64,000 nucleotides of DNA. It comes from Macrostomum lignano (lineage: Eukaryota). The first letter of the stretch is position 1. Each line of letters begins with the position of its first letter. The notes below the pieces were generated by a model. That model made no database searches and had not been told where the DNA came from. It worked only from the letters and a program-made list of their open reading frames with translations. The DNA lies in assembly GCA_002269645.1 (NCBI GenBank), contig NIVC01003803.1, positions 1 to 64,000 of the forward strand, given 5' to 3'. Both the position numbers and the translations under genes were made by a program. Below, one piece after another: positions 18,811 through 30,440 of the stretch.

Positions 18811-19536
18811 TATGTTAATAACATTTTAAATACCTTCTAGTTATGAGTTTTAAACTAAAGGGGATCAAATATTTATTTGTGTTATGTGAATTTGTAAGTA
18901 TAGGCTGGCTACATCTATTGCAAAAATATACAAGCTCTTGCCTTGGTATATTTATGCCTAAGAAAATATGTTAGACCTAGACTAGATAGTAACTCCAAGT
19001 CTAGCTAATAAACATAGATATTTAATGTATTTACAACATCATAGACTTATTATATTTATATGTACTTTATATCACCTATATGAGTGTATAGCTAAACTTA
19101 TTTTAATATGCTTGATAATCTATGTTTATTCTTTTAGATAAAAAAGATGGCTTTTGTGTCAATTTACAATTTTCAGCTTATATTATAGGAGTTGATTATT
19201 TTGGGTTTAAATATAATGTTTTTAACCTCACAAAAAGTAATGATTAAGCTATAGGCCTATTAACATTTTTAATTTTAGCAATGTTATTAATAATAATGAA
19301 AATCTATACATAATATGAATGATTATTTATAAGGAAAATTTATCACTAATAGCTATAGCTTTTATTCATCTGTTAGTCATCCATTTAAGTGAGACTACCC
19401 CATTTTCATCCATTAGTTTAATAGCTCTGCCTCTAGTTTATTACAGTTAATTTAACTAGTTAAAAACTGGTAAAAATACTCAAGCAATAACCAATCAATA
19501 TTTTAATGCTTCAGCAAACAAGTCCAACAATTCAAA

Positions 19537-20940
19537 ATGGGCAAACAAAAGAAATCTAAATCAGACAAAGATATTCACAGTCAAGGCCAGCATAAGAAAA
19601 AGAAAAAGAAGACCAAGTCAAAGAAAGAGAAACGAGATCGTGAAAAAAGAAGTGACAAACAAAAGCAGCCTCACAAGGAGTCTCTGCCATCTGATGAGTC
19701 ACTGAATTCTTCAGAAGAGCTCGGCTTTGATCCAGTCAGGGACTGGCAACCAATGTTCGACAGCTTCTATGATCCTGTGATGGCTGGCAATGCAGATGGC
19801 GGTTTGGCAGCTGGACTGCACGATCGAGCTGTTCAACGAGCCCTACTGGCTCAGGCGTACTATCGCCCAGATTCCCAGCCTCATCAGCTGCTACCACTGG
19901 GAGTTGGCAGGGAAGAAGGTGAACTAGAGCAGGATTGCGTCATCTTTGTGGGCCGGTTAGATGCGGCCACTACAGAGGCCGACCTGTGCAGTCTGTTTGA
20001 AACCTGCGGCCGTGTTGCTAACTGCAGATTGGTGCGCGACTGGGCGACAGGATTGTCAAGGCGATATGGCTTTGTGCAGTTCTGCAGAGCTGAGGATGCG
20101 CAGAGAGCTCTGCGGCGCTGCGATGGAGCCACCGTAAGACTTCTGACAGCTGTCCAGTTATGAGCATTTGGGGCTAATCAGTGTCAATAAACAGATTGAT
20201 GAGCATCTCTAGGAAGCTGGTATGAGCACCAATAAACAGATTGATGAGCATCTTCTAGGAAGCTGGTATGAGCACCAATAAACAGATTGATGAGCATCTC
20301 TAGGAAGCTAGCTGTCATGAGCACTAATAAACAGATTGATGAGCATCTCTAGGAAGCTATCATGAGCACCAATAAACAGATTGATGAGCATCTCTAGGAA
20401 GCTAGCTGTCATGAGCACTAATAAACAGATTGATGAGCATCTCTAGGAAGCTAGCTGTCATGAGCACTAATAAACAGATTGATGAGCATCTCTAGGAAGC
20501 TAGCTGTCATGAGCACTAATAAACAGATTGATGAGAATCTCTAGGAAGTTGCTATGAAGGTCAACAAAGATGCAACGATGAGCTATCTGGGAAGCTAACT
20601 AGGATCGAAAAGAAACATTCAATAAGTATCTTTCCTGGAAATTCTAATTACTGTATGAGGTCGTTGATTTTATACTTTACTTTAAGTAGGCTAATCCGCG
20701 TTTTTTTTTCAAATTTAGCTTAGCTAATTGTTATAATAAACTCCATGCATTACACTGTAGGTGCTGGGCCGACAGATTATAGTAGACCGGGAGCGCTCGT
20801 TGAGCCAGGCTGGCTGGGTGCCACGGCGGCTCGGCGGCGGCCTGGGCGGCCGGAAAGAGAGCGGCCAACTGCGGTTCGGCTGTCGGGCCAGGCCATTCCG
20901 GCGGCCTGTGGCAGCGGCCAAGACCAAGGACCGCAGTTAG
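19537..20940 (+). CDS. SNRNP35: U11/U12 small nuclear ribonucleoprotein 35 kDa, 2 exons, 258 aa
   Basis: Exons 19537-20133 and 20761-20940 (GT-AG, phase 0). Motifs [27 protein letters not shown], an RRM ([24 protein letters not shown]) and [23 protein letters not shown]. Confidence 0.93.
20185..20550. repeat. 44-49-bp minisatellite (aataaacagattgatgagcatctctaggaagct...atgagcac), about 8 copies, SNRNP35 intron
   Basis: Direct observation. Confidence 0.92.
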
Positions 20941-21319
20941 AAATGTGCGCCATATCTGCTTACTGTACTACTTATGGCTTGCCACTGTGGGCCCTTGCGT
21001 TTTAATTGGAATTGCATTTTTAACTTAACTGCAGCTTTTAGCCAGTGTATTTCAAGCTTTTACGTCTATGGTAAAAATATAATTCTGTGTTTGCCGCGCG
21101 TCCACAGTGAATGCTGTTGTCTATGATAATATCTTATAAAATCGATAATTAATATGCCTGTGCAAAAACAATAACAAGAAAAATCTATCTATAGCTAAGT
21201 CTTCATTCTTGCTTATTTTTATAATCGGCTGTCACTGACTGAAGCTGCATACAAGATTTACGAGATTAAAGCGAAGAATTCTCTGAAAGTGAAACAGGTA
21301 CTTAGTTCTGTGGCTTTTC

Positions 21320-21351
21320 TGGCTTCTGATTTGTCTGTCTGTCTGCCTGCC

Positions 21352-21412
<61 letters not shown>

Positions 21413-21443
21413 GCCTGCCTGTCTGTCTGTCTGCCTGTCTGCC

Positions 21444-21488
<45 letters not shown>

Positions 21489-21491
21489 GCC

Positions 21492-21560
<69 letters not shown>

Positions 21561-21731
21561 GCCTGCCTGTCTGTCTGTCTGTCTGTCTGTCTGCCTGTCT
21601 GTCTGTCTGTCTGTCTGCCTGCCTGTCTGTCTGCCTGTCTGCCTGTCTGCCTGTCTGTCTGTCTGCCTGTCTGTCTGTCTGTCTGTCTGTCTGCCTGCCT
21701 GTCTGTCTGTCTGTCTGTCTGTCTGTCTGCC

Positions 21732-21764
<33 letters not shown>

Positions 21765-22065
21765 GCCTGTCTGTCTGCCTGTCTGTCTTAGTGTCTGTCT
21801 TTCTGTCTGCCTGTCTGCCTGTCTGTCTGTCTGCCTGTCTGTCTGCCTGTCTGTCTTAGTGTCTGTCTTTCTGCCTGCCTGTCTGTCTGTCTGTCTGCCT
21901 GTCTGTCTGCCTGTCTGTCTGTCTGTCTGCCTGTCTGTCTGCCTGTCTGTCTGCCTGTCTGTCTGCCTGTCTGTCTGCCTGTCTGTCTGTCTGTGTGTTT
22001 GTCTGTCTGCCTGCCTGTCTGTCTGTCTGTCTGTCTGCCTGTCTGTCTGTCTGTCTGTCTGTCTG
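21320..22065. repeat. (CTGT)n microsatellite with CTGC variants
   Basis: Direct observation; explains ORF 21289-22080. Confidence 0.97.
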
Positions 22066-22137
22066 TGTATCTACATTTAGCTATGCACGTATCTCTCTAT
22101 TGCAAAACATTGCTGCTGTAGAAAGCAAGCCATAGCA

Positions 22138-22365
22138 ATGGCGGATCTGTGCCCCGGTCTGCTCTGGTCTGTGCTGTGGTTCTTCATCCTGATCCTGTTG
22201 GCCTGGCCGATCGCATTTCTAATTGCTTGGCTCTACATTCTGCTGCTGCCATTCTCAGCCTGCATCCAGCCGCTGCAGGCGGTCTGCGAGGCGTTGCTGG
22301 GCGTGGTTAAACTGTGCCTCACCTGCGCCGAGGGTATGATTGCCATGAAGCCCCTGTGCGGCTGA
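22138..22365 (+). CDS. 75-aa hydrophobic, Cys-containing membrane microprotein, paralog 1
   Basis: Intronless GC-rich ORF; 54/75 residues identical to 25933-26160; AATAAA at about 22387. Confidence 0.85.
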   Translation: MADLCPGLLWSVLWFFILILLAWPIAFLIAWLYILLLPFSACIQPLQAVCEALLGVVKLCLTCAEGMIAMKPLCG

Positions 22366-23438
22366 AGGTTACGAGTATATACATTCAATAAAAACGTCAA
22401 TCAATAAAATTCATATGTAAGGTAAATCGTTTTAATCAATAGTTATCATAATCATAAAATATATGTCCGCAGTTTATACGACGTACATAAGTTTATACAT
22501 ATAAAGCTTTTTGCACATAACTGTGTGAGAATCATTTCCTGTACTTTTTCGTATTTTAAATAAATTGTTTTAACTGACTATAATAGCTTTTCGTCCAATC
22601 CAAGAGTCAATTACACCAAGGGTAGGCAAAGTTTTTTACCTCTCAGCCCAGATAGATCAGGAACCTACATGTAAATATAAGCGCATGACAGCACGCCATG
22701 AGGGGGGAGAGAGGAGAGGGAATAGAGAACAGAGAGCTGAGAGCAGGAGTGGAGAGAAGGAGAGAGATGTGTTGTTACCATAGGATATCCACCCGTTGTG
22801 CCAACCGGAAACTCTATTAAATGTATAATTTTTGCAGATGTCTAATTATCGTAGCGAGGCAGTGCTCTATTTGAAGCCGAGGGGCGGCTGGTAGCAGGGT
22901 AGCTTATATAGAAGCAATAATAGAGCAAATTGACTTTGACGACTCGGGATTTAGGACATAGAATACAATAGAATTAAGAAAGCTTGGGCTTTACCACACA
23001 ATGCATGACATGTTCTTGTGATCATTTATCTAATCTAAACAAAATAGCACGCTCAGTTTGAGAACGATATATAAAACAAGCTAAAGTTTCCGGAAAAATA
23101 CATTTAGGAAAGTTATATTGCACCAGTCTATCTCAAAGTGCCTGGACTTTGAGACAGGGAGAGACATCTCAAAGTGCCCGGACAATGCAAAGCAGCTCAA
23201 GATATCCGGGAAGGAGAAAACAAAGCAGGTTTTTTGCTTGGCAAAGTATCCGGGCGGATATTGTAAGTGCGTTCGAATATCTGGGCCAGACAAAAAAACC
23301 CCAGATAGTATAAAGTGTAACACTGGCAATAATGAATGAAATCCGGACACACAGCAGTTAATTGTTTCTGAAGTCGCGCACAAACATGGAAAGGAATACC
23401 GATAGCCAAATAAAAGTTCTGTTGCATTGTGGATGGAC

Positions 23439-24027
23439 CAGGCGCGTCGCCACCGAAGGGGACAGGGGAAGGACATGTCCCCCCAGTAAAAGCTATGGAG
23501 GGACATGCCATTGCTTTGTTCCCCCCCACCCCACCATGTGACCCACTGTGTCAATCAATAAGTTTTCTTCCAGGCGCCAAAATATAGCGCCTTCGGTGCC
23601 AAAATGAGTGCCAGCGGCGCCAAAATGAGTGCCAGCGGCGCCAAAATCAGTGCCAGCGGCGCCAAAATGAGTGCCAGCGGCGCCAAAATCAGTGCCAGCG
23701 GCGCCAAAATGAGTGCCAGCGGCGCCAAAATCAGTGCCAGCGGCGCCAAAATGAGTGCCAGCGGTGCCAAAATCAGTGCCAGCGGCGCCAAAATGAGTGC
23801 CAGCGGCGCCAAAATCAGTGCCAGCGGCGCCAAAATCAGTGCCAGCGGCGCCAAAATCAATGCCTGCGGCGCTAAAATGGTGGCTGCGCGCGGCGCCAAA
23901 ATAATCGCTGACAGCACTATTCTGAAACAAATGTACATGTAGGAATTTACTTATGTACATGTACAATACGCGTATGCATAATTCTTGGCTTTGTCCCCCC
24001 ACCAAAAATCCCATTGCGACGCCTCTG
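23439..24027. mobile_element. Non-autonomous DNA transposon with an internally expanded 21-bp minisatellite (gccagcggcgccaaaatSagt, about 14 copies, ~23590-23900)
   Basis: Imperfect TIRs caggcgcgtcgcca / ttgcgacgcctctg; homologous to 18471-18810; flanked by a 40-55-bp direct repeat. Confidence 0.75.
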
Positions 24028-25289
24028 CAATGGAAAAGACTCCCGATGGCCAAATAAAAGTTCTGTTGCATTGTGGATGGACCAAAGTGGTGTATAGAGT
24101 GAAGAGGGAAAACTTGGCCGAAAAGTCCCGAGCATCAGCTAGAGATGGACGCGCGCACATTTGGGTCAGCGCGGGCCGAAACGCCCCACCGAACTAGCAA
24201 ACCAAAAAGTATAGGAGCCTAGCAAGAAAGGGTGCAGAGAGGACGAGATTTGGAAATTTCTGAACATTTGCGAACCGCCCAGTGCTTGGGACTTCCTCTA
24301 TAATTGATTTCGCAATGCAAAAACGGTTGAAAGTCAGAGGTATTTACATGTACCGCTGAGCTGGTCTCCTGCCTCAACAGTGTGCGTTTTGTTGCCAATA
24401 AATCTGTAAACGGCAATTCATATCAGAGATTAAATAAACGTGAGTTTTTCTTTCGCAATTTTTTCGTTTCTATTTCTTCAAAAAAAGCGAAAAATGTTTG
24501 CATTAGAAAATAGGAAGATAGGAACCCTGCATGGTACAACTATAAAATCGGAATCGCTTTGGAACGAGAAGGCCTGCTTTTCTGACCAAAAAAGGCGCGG
24601 CTCCCCTTTGAAGTGATCTCCACTTTATGCTATATAGTTAAAGTCAAAGTTGAAATCTACATTTCAACAAGACTCCCTCGCCCTCATAATATCACTCGTC
24701 GAGTCAAGCTGCAACAGAAACAAAATCAGTGCATTTGTATTTGCCGTTTTACAGGTATCTCTGAGCACAGTCCTGTGTGTGTGCATGTACGTTATACATG
24801 TATATAGGCTAGGCATGTGAAAATGGTTACAGGAAGATAAGGCAAGAGACCAAAGTAACTGAATTGCACAAATTTTTTTTTGCATACGATCTTACGATCT
24901 TATCTGCAGATATCTCTTCCCTAAAGGTTTGGTTGGAGCCTACACTGCGTAAATTAGCGATTCACTCAATTCTCGAATCGAGCTGACTCTGAAAATTACA
25001 TGCAGCTAGCGATTTTATAACAGCTACATTTTTAGCTGATTGCACTGGCGAAAAAAATCCTCGCAAACTAATTTCTAGTGGAGTCTGTTGCTAAAATCGA
25101 CAATTTACCGTCTGCTTTCGTGAGTCTTTCGAGTTTTAAAGGTAATAAAACATGTAAATCAGTTTAATTATTAAATCTTTGTACATCTTTGGGACATCTT
25201 TGATATGGACTTTAGTCAATTTTCATCAGTTATAGTGATGCATGAGAATTTAGCCGCTGAATACTTAAACACCGTAGCACCAATTAGGA

Positions 25290-25795
25290 GGTAGAAGCAT
25301 CTGAGCACTCTCATTGCCGAGTAACACCTTAGACAGAAGCATCTGAGCACTCTCATTGCCGAGTGACACCTTAGACAGAAGCATCTGAGCACTCTCATTG
25401 CCGAGTGACACCTTAGACAGAAGCATCTGAGCACTCTCATTGCCGAGTGACACCTTAGGCAGAAGCATCTAAGCACTCTCATTGCCGAGTGATACCTTTA
25501 GACAAAAGCATCTGAGCACTCTCATTGCCGAGTGACACCTTAGACAGAAGCATCTGAGCACTCTCATTGCCGAGTGACACCTTAGACAGAAGCATCTGAG
25601 CACTCTCATTGCCGAGTGACACCTTAGGCAGAAGCATCTAAGCACTCTCATTGCCGAGTGATACCTTTAGACAAAAGCATCTGAGCACTCTCATTGCCGA
25701 GTGACACCTTAGACAGAAGCATCTGAGCACTCTCATTGCCGAGTGATACCTTTAGACAGAAGCATCTGAGCACTCTCATTCCCGAGTGACACCTG
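25290..25795. repeat. 42-bp minisatellite (agaagcatctgagcactctcattgccgagtgacaccttagac), about 12 copies
   Basis: Direct periodicity. Confidence 0.95.
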
Positions 25796-25932
25796 GAGGT
25801 ACGTGCAGACGTACTATAGTCAATCACCATTGAAGGCACAAACATGACGAACATTTAATTTCAATTGCGACACCGACTATGAATAATTGCATGCATTTTT
25901 TTCGCATTTTTTAGCCAACCAAATAGAGCGAA

Positions 25933-26160
25933 ATGGCTAACCTGTGCCCCGGCCTGCTCTGGGCCTTCATCTGGTTTCTCATCCTCATCTTCCTGGCCTG
26001 GCCGATCGCATTCCTAATCGCCTGGCTGTACGTACTGCTGCTGCCGTTCTCCGTGTGCATCAGCGCGCTGCAGTCGGTCTGCGAATCAATTTTAGGCATT
26101 CTTAAATTGTGCGTCACCTGCACGGAGAATATGATGGGCATGAAGCCGCTATTCGGTTGA
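25933..26160 (+). CDS. 75-aa hydrophobic, Cys-containing membrane microprotein, paralog 2
   Basis: Same length and reading frame pattern as 22138-22365; substitutions mostly conservative. Confidence 0.85.
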   Translation: MANLCPGLLWAFIWFLILIFLAWPIAFLIAWLYVLLLPFSVCISALQSVCESILGILKLCVTCTENMMGMKPLFG

Positions 26161-27682
26161 AACTGCAATGATGATTGCAGAACAACTTGACACTGTGCGC
26201 AATCAATCAATTAAATCAACAAGCGTGATTACAAATAAACAAATTCAATTGTTTTATATTAGTCATTAGCAAAACTAGCAGACAAAACAATATATACAAC
26301 AAAACTTAGCCTTTGTTATATTGCACAATTTTTGTAATCTGTTAAATAAAACTTAATATGCATGGCTACATGGTTAAACTTTTAGTCAAAGCAAAGTGTC
26401 ACACGCTGATTAAAACAAATGTAAGGCTCACTTGTATATACGTGGACAGGGATGTCTTCAGATACTAAAATAGCTAGATGGGCCACTCAGGCATATTTTT
26501 ACACTGTAAAACAGCTTTCTACTTTCAGTTCAGTAGCAAAGAAGAATACATAAGCTATTTTATAAAAATAAAGGCAGCTGAAATTACTTCGATAAGTTTA
26601 GAAGCCCAAGCTTGCAGGCGTAAACAGCTTGCTAATTGGTTCAGCAGTAATGTACATGAGCCAGTCCACTGAAATGTACATGGCCGCTTTAAGCTGGAAC
26701 TCCGAGAAAGGCAATAAAAATTGGGGCGGGCGGAGGGCCGGGAGGGGTAGTGTGGAAAGGAGCGGTTGGAAGAATTAAGCTGGGATCTGGGAGTAGAACC
26801 AATAAATGCCTTGGTTTTAAAAATAAATTAAAATACCTTTTTAATTTACTACTGAACTGAAAGTAGTTTGCACGCAAATTTGCTGAGTGGCCCATGCAGG
26901 GATGACAGGTATTTTTGCACTGGAGGAAGTTTCAGTTTCTCGCAAATTTTTGGACGCATTTTGATGCAAGCGTTCTGTACTGTCTGAACTTGATGCCGTG
27001 AATTATACAGAGAATATTTTTTACACGTAGATCTGATGCTTGCTGCTGCATCAAAGCGTAGGGAATGTTTACGGGCTTCCAATCCAGTAGAGTTTATAAT
27101 AAGAAGTCCCTGGCCAGAGTGGCCATTCATTATATTCAAAGAGTTTAACCATGAATACCAATGTCTAAACTGTGGCTTTTAAAATTATGCACTTGACTTA
27201 TGAGCACTTGCTCAAACAAGTTGATAGAGGTTAGATCAATAGATAATCTCTCAGCGTGTTAGGGGTGTGATGATGTGAGAGGGCTTGACTCCCTCGGTGT
27301 CAACAGCTTCCAGATATTTGCTATAGCAAAACACACAATCATCGAGAATTGCTTAGGGCCTTAGGCAAAGGAATCGCGTATCAAACACCCTCAGAAAGCC
27401 TCTCGATATGGCCCTTGGTCCTATGGGCACCACACTCGAATTGATGGCCGAACAAGCTTAAAGTGATAGTTGTCACAGGTGCATTGAACTTGAAACGAAT
27501 TCAACCGAGTTTGTAAAAGGCCTTCAACAGATAGGGGTGATTGTTTGATTTAAAAAAAACTTGAGCCTCCCTGTGTGAACAGCTGATATATCTGCAGTAT
27601 ATCTACCTATAAGCTAGCTAGATCTTGCTACATATTTGACTTTGAAGCCTATTCAGCTCACTGCTCTTGTCTAGGCTAAGCC

Positions 27683-28453
27683 ATGCCATGTCAAAGATTC
27701 CATCTATCGTACGTGATACTGATTGCTACGTCTCACCTATTCATCTCGGGCGCTGCAATCGCTTGCCCGTCGGGCACCACTCGAATTGATGGCTCAACCA
27801 GGTCCTGGTGCGTCAGATGGTACGCCAACGGCGCCACCTTCTGCAACGCTGTGAAGACATGTCGCGCGAACGGCGAGGAAATGATCGACAAGGAGGTGTT
27901 CGACGCCATGAGGGCAGAAAGGTCGCTATTTGGCGACATGTTTTGGTGGGTCGGACTCACCGACGCTCTGAAGGAAATGGGCACCAGCAAGACTGGCTGG
28001 GTGTGGCTGAACACGCGTCAGGAGCTCACCGCTGCAGATGACTACTTCTACTCTGCTGAGCCAAACGACAGAACACATCAGGACTGCGCTACGACCTACA
28101 AGAAGCTGAATCGGATCAGAGACGAGTCCTGCAGTGCCAAGCGTCCGTTCTACTGCTATCTGGAAGGGTCCAAGAAGCCATCGCCTTCGAGGCTGCAGTT
28201 CAAGCGGACTCATATTGCAAGCTACAGCCAGTTGGACCCCGGATGTTGGTTGAAATGGACCGGAATCCGCGCCATATCAAAGTGCGCCTACTTATGTGTT
28301 AGCCAGGGATCATTGACGGACTGCATCGGATTCTACTGGCATCCCTGGAGGCTGGAGTGCTTCATCCTGCCCTACTTCGACGCCTCTGTGCCTCTTGGCT
28401 TCGACACTGATGAAGAGAAGCGGAAGTGGCGCAAGTACCTACGGGTTCTGTAG
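27683..28453 (+). CDS. Secreted C-type lectin-domain protein (EPN type) with a C-terminal Cys-rich PAN/apple-like module, 256 aa, intronless
   Basis: Hydrophobic N-terminus; CTLD motifs WWVGLTD, WVWLN, EPND...DCA, DESCS.KRPFYC; second Cys cluster CAYLC..CIGFYW..CF. Confidence 0.85.
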   Translation: MPCQRFHLSYVILIATSHLFISGAAIACPSGTTRIDGSTRSWCVRWYANGATFCNAVKTCRANGEEMIDKEVFDAMRAERSLFGDMFWWVGLTDALKEMGTSKTGWVWLNTRQELTAADDYFYSAEPNDRTHQDCATTYKKLNRIRDESCSAKRPFYCYLEGSKKPSPSRLQFKRTHIASYSQLDPGCWLKWTGIRAISKCAYLCVSQGSLTDCIGFYWHPWRLECFILPYFDASVPLGFDTDEEKRKWRKYLRVL

Positions 28454-29299
28454 GATACTCAAGGATAACTACAGAGGATACTACAGAAGACAACGCCTGG
28501 AGAGTCAACTTCTCAACCGAAGCGATCAATACTGTACCCCAGCGATTAACTAGATCGACTGAATGAACTGTGTCCGATGTATATAAGACAACATTGTTAC
28601 TGTTCCAACTGTCAGAAAGCTACACATTTTAAACAATTACAATCAAAGGACTGCCAGGGTTACGAAACAATTTGAAAACTGTGCAACCCACAGAATATTT
28701 TCTGTGGTGCAACCACATACGATGATTGTTTGTACTACCTATTTTCTTTACTACGAGTATCGTCTTGACAACCTTATCTGACACCGAACCCCCCCCCACG
28801 GGACAGTTGCTGACCACCTGAACTGCGGGTTGGGGGCGGAGCAACTCAACGGTAAACGCGTGATTCCCAGCCATGAGAGGGCCAGCCCCACCTCAAGGCA
28901 CAGAGACTTTATTGACGTATATTTATGCCCTGTAATTGCTTACTATAATTAAAAGCAAAAAATATAAAATCCAGTAAAAACAAGAGGTTGCAAGTTGGTG
29001 GTAATAAAAATAGCGCTATTAATTACATCAGAGTAAATATAAGCGAAGTAATGTGAATTGCACGTACATGTATATTTACATGCTGATCGAATAAACAAAT
29101 GATGTTCATTTTCTGTTGCAAAAAAGATAAAATAGCGTACAACATCCAATTGTACAGTTAATTGTTAAAAACGCAATCAAATCATTTTACGAGTATTCAG
29201 CAACTACCCGGCTGCCAACTTGCAAATAATGGCACAAAATTATTTTAGAATATCTGCATAATTCTAAGTTTAGAAGGTAACTACTGATAGTGTGAGGGT

Positions 29300-30412
29300 C
29301 AGGGGGAGCTGACACTGAAGGAACAGCGGGAGCTGACACCAAAGGAACAGTGGGAGCTGACACTAAAGGAACTGTGGGAGCTGACACTGAAGAAACAGCG
29401 GGAGCTGACACTAAAGGAACTGTGGGAGCTGACACTGAAGAAACAGCGGGAGCTGACACTAAAGGAACTGTGGGAGCTGACACTGAAGGAACAGCGGGAG
29501 CTGACACCAAAGGAACTGTGGGAGCTGACACTAGAGGAACAGCGGGAACTGACACTGAAGGAACAGCGGGAACTGACACTGAAGGAACAGCGGGAACTGA
29601 CACTGAAGGAACAGCAGGAACTGACACTGAAGGAACAGCGGGAACTGACACTGAAGGAACTGCGGGAACTGACACTGAAGGAACAGCGGGAACTGACACT
29701 GAAGGAACAGCGGGAACTGACACTGAAGGAACTGCGGGAACTGACACTGAAGGAACAGCAGGAACTGACACTGAAGAAACAGCGGGAGCTGACACTGAAG
29801 GAAGAGTGGGAACTGACACTAAAGGAACAACGGGAACTGACACTGAAGGAACAGCAGGAACTGACACTGAAGGAACAGCAGGAACTGACACTAAAGGAAC
29901 AGCGGGAACTGACACTAAAGGAACAGCGGGAACTGACACTAAAGGAACAGCGGGAACTGACACTGAAGGAACAGCGGGAACTGACACTGAAGGAAGAGTG
30001 GGAACTGACACTAAAGGAACAGCAGGAACTGACACTGAAGGAACAGCGGGAACTGACACTGAAGGAACAGCGGGAACTGACACTGAAGGAACAGCGGGAA
30101 CTGACACTGAAGGAACTGCGGGAACTGACACTGAAGGAACAGCAGGAACTGACACTGAAGGAACAGCGGGAACTGACACTGAAGGAACTGCGGGAACTGA
30201 CACTGAAGGAACAGCGGGAACTGACACTGAAGGAACAGCGGGAACTGACACTGAAGGAACTGCGGGAACTGACACTGAAGGAACAGCAGGAACTGACACT
30301 GAAGAAACAGCGGGAGCTGACACTGAAGGAAGAGTGGGAACTGACACTAAAGGAACAGCGGGAACTGACACTAAAGGAACAGCGGGACCTGACACTGAAG
30401 GAACAGACACTG
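29300..30412. repeat. 24-bp minisatellite (gggaactgacactgaaggaacagc), about 46 copies
   Basis: Period 24; explains three overlapping repeat ORFs. Confidence 0.97.
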
Positions 30413-30440
30413 ACGAGCAGAACCGATGGCACTGACAGTC

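Noticed and set aside
24403-24445. Sixth 28S-like copy at gtaaacggc (about 24405)
   Set aside because: Only 9 nt match; no GAGTAACTAT and no right arm at the expected distance.
25290-25795. Regular 42-bp repeats as a possible CRISPR array (also 57176-57610 and 20185-20550)
   Set aside because: Units are head-to-tail with no unique spacers, there are no cas genes, and the context is eukaryotic.
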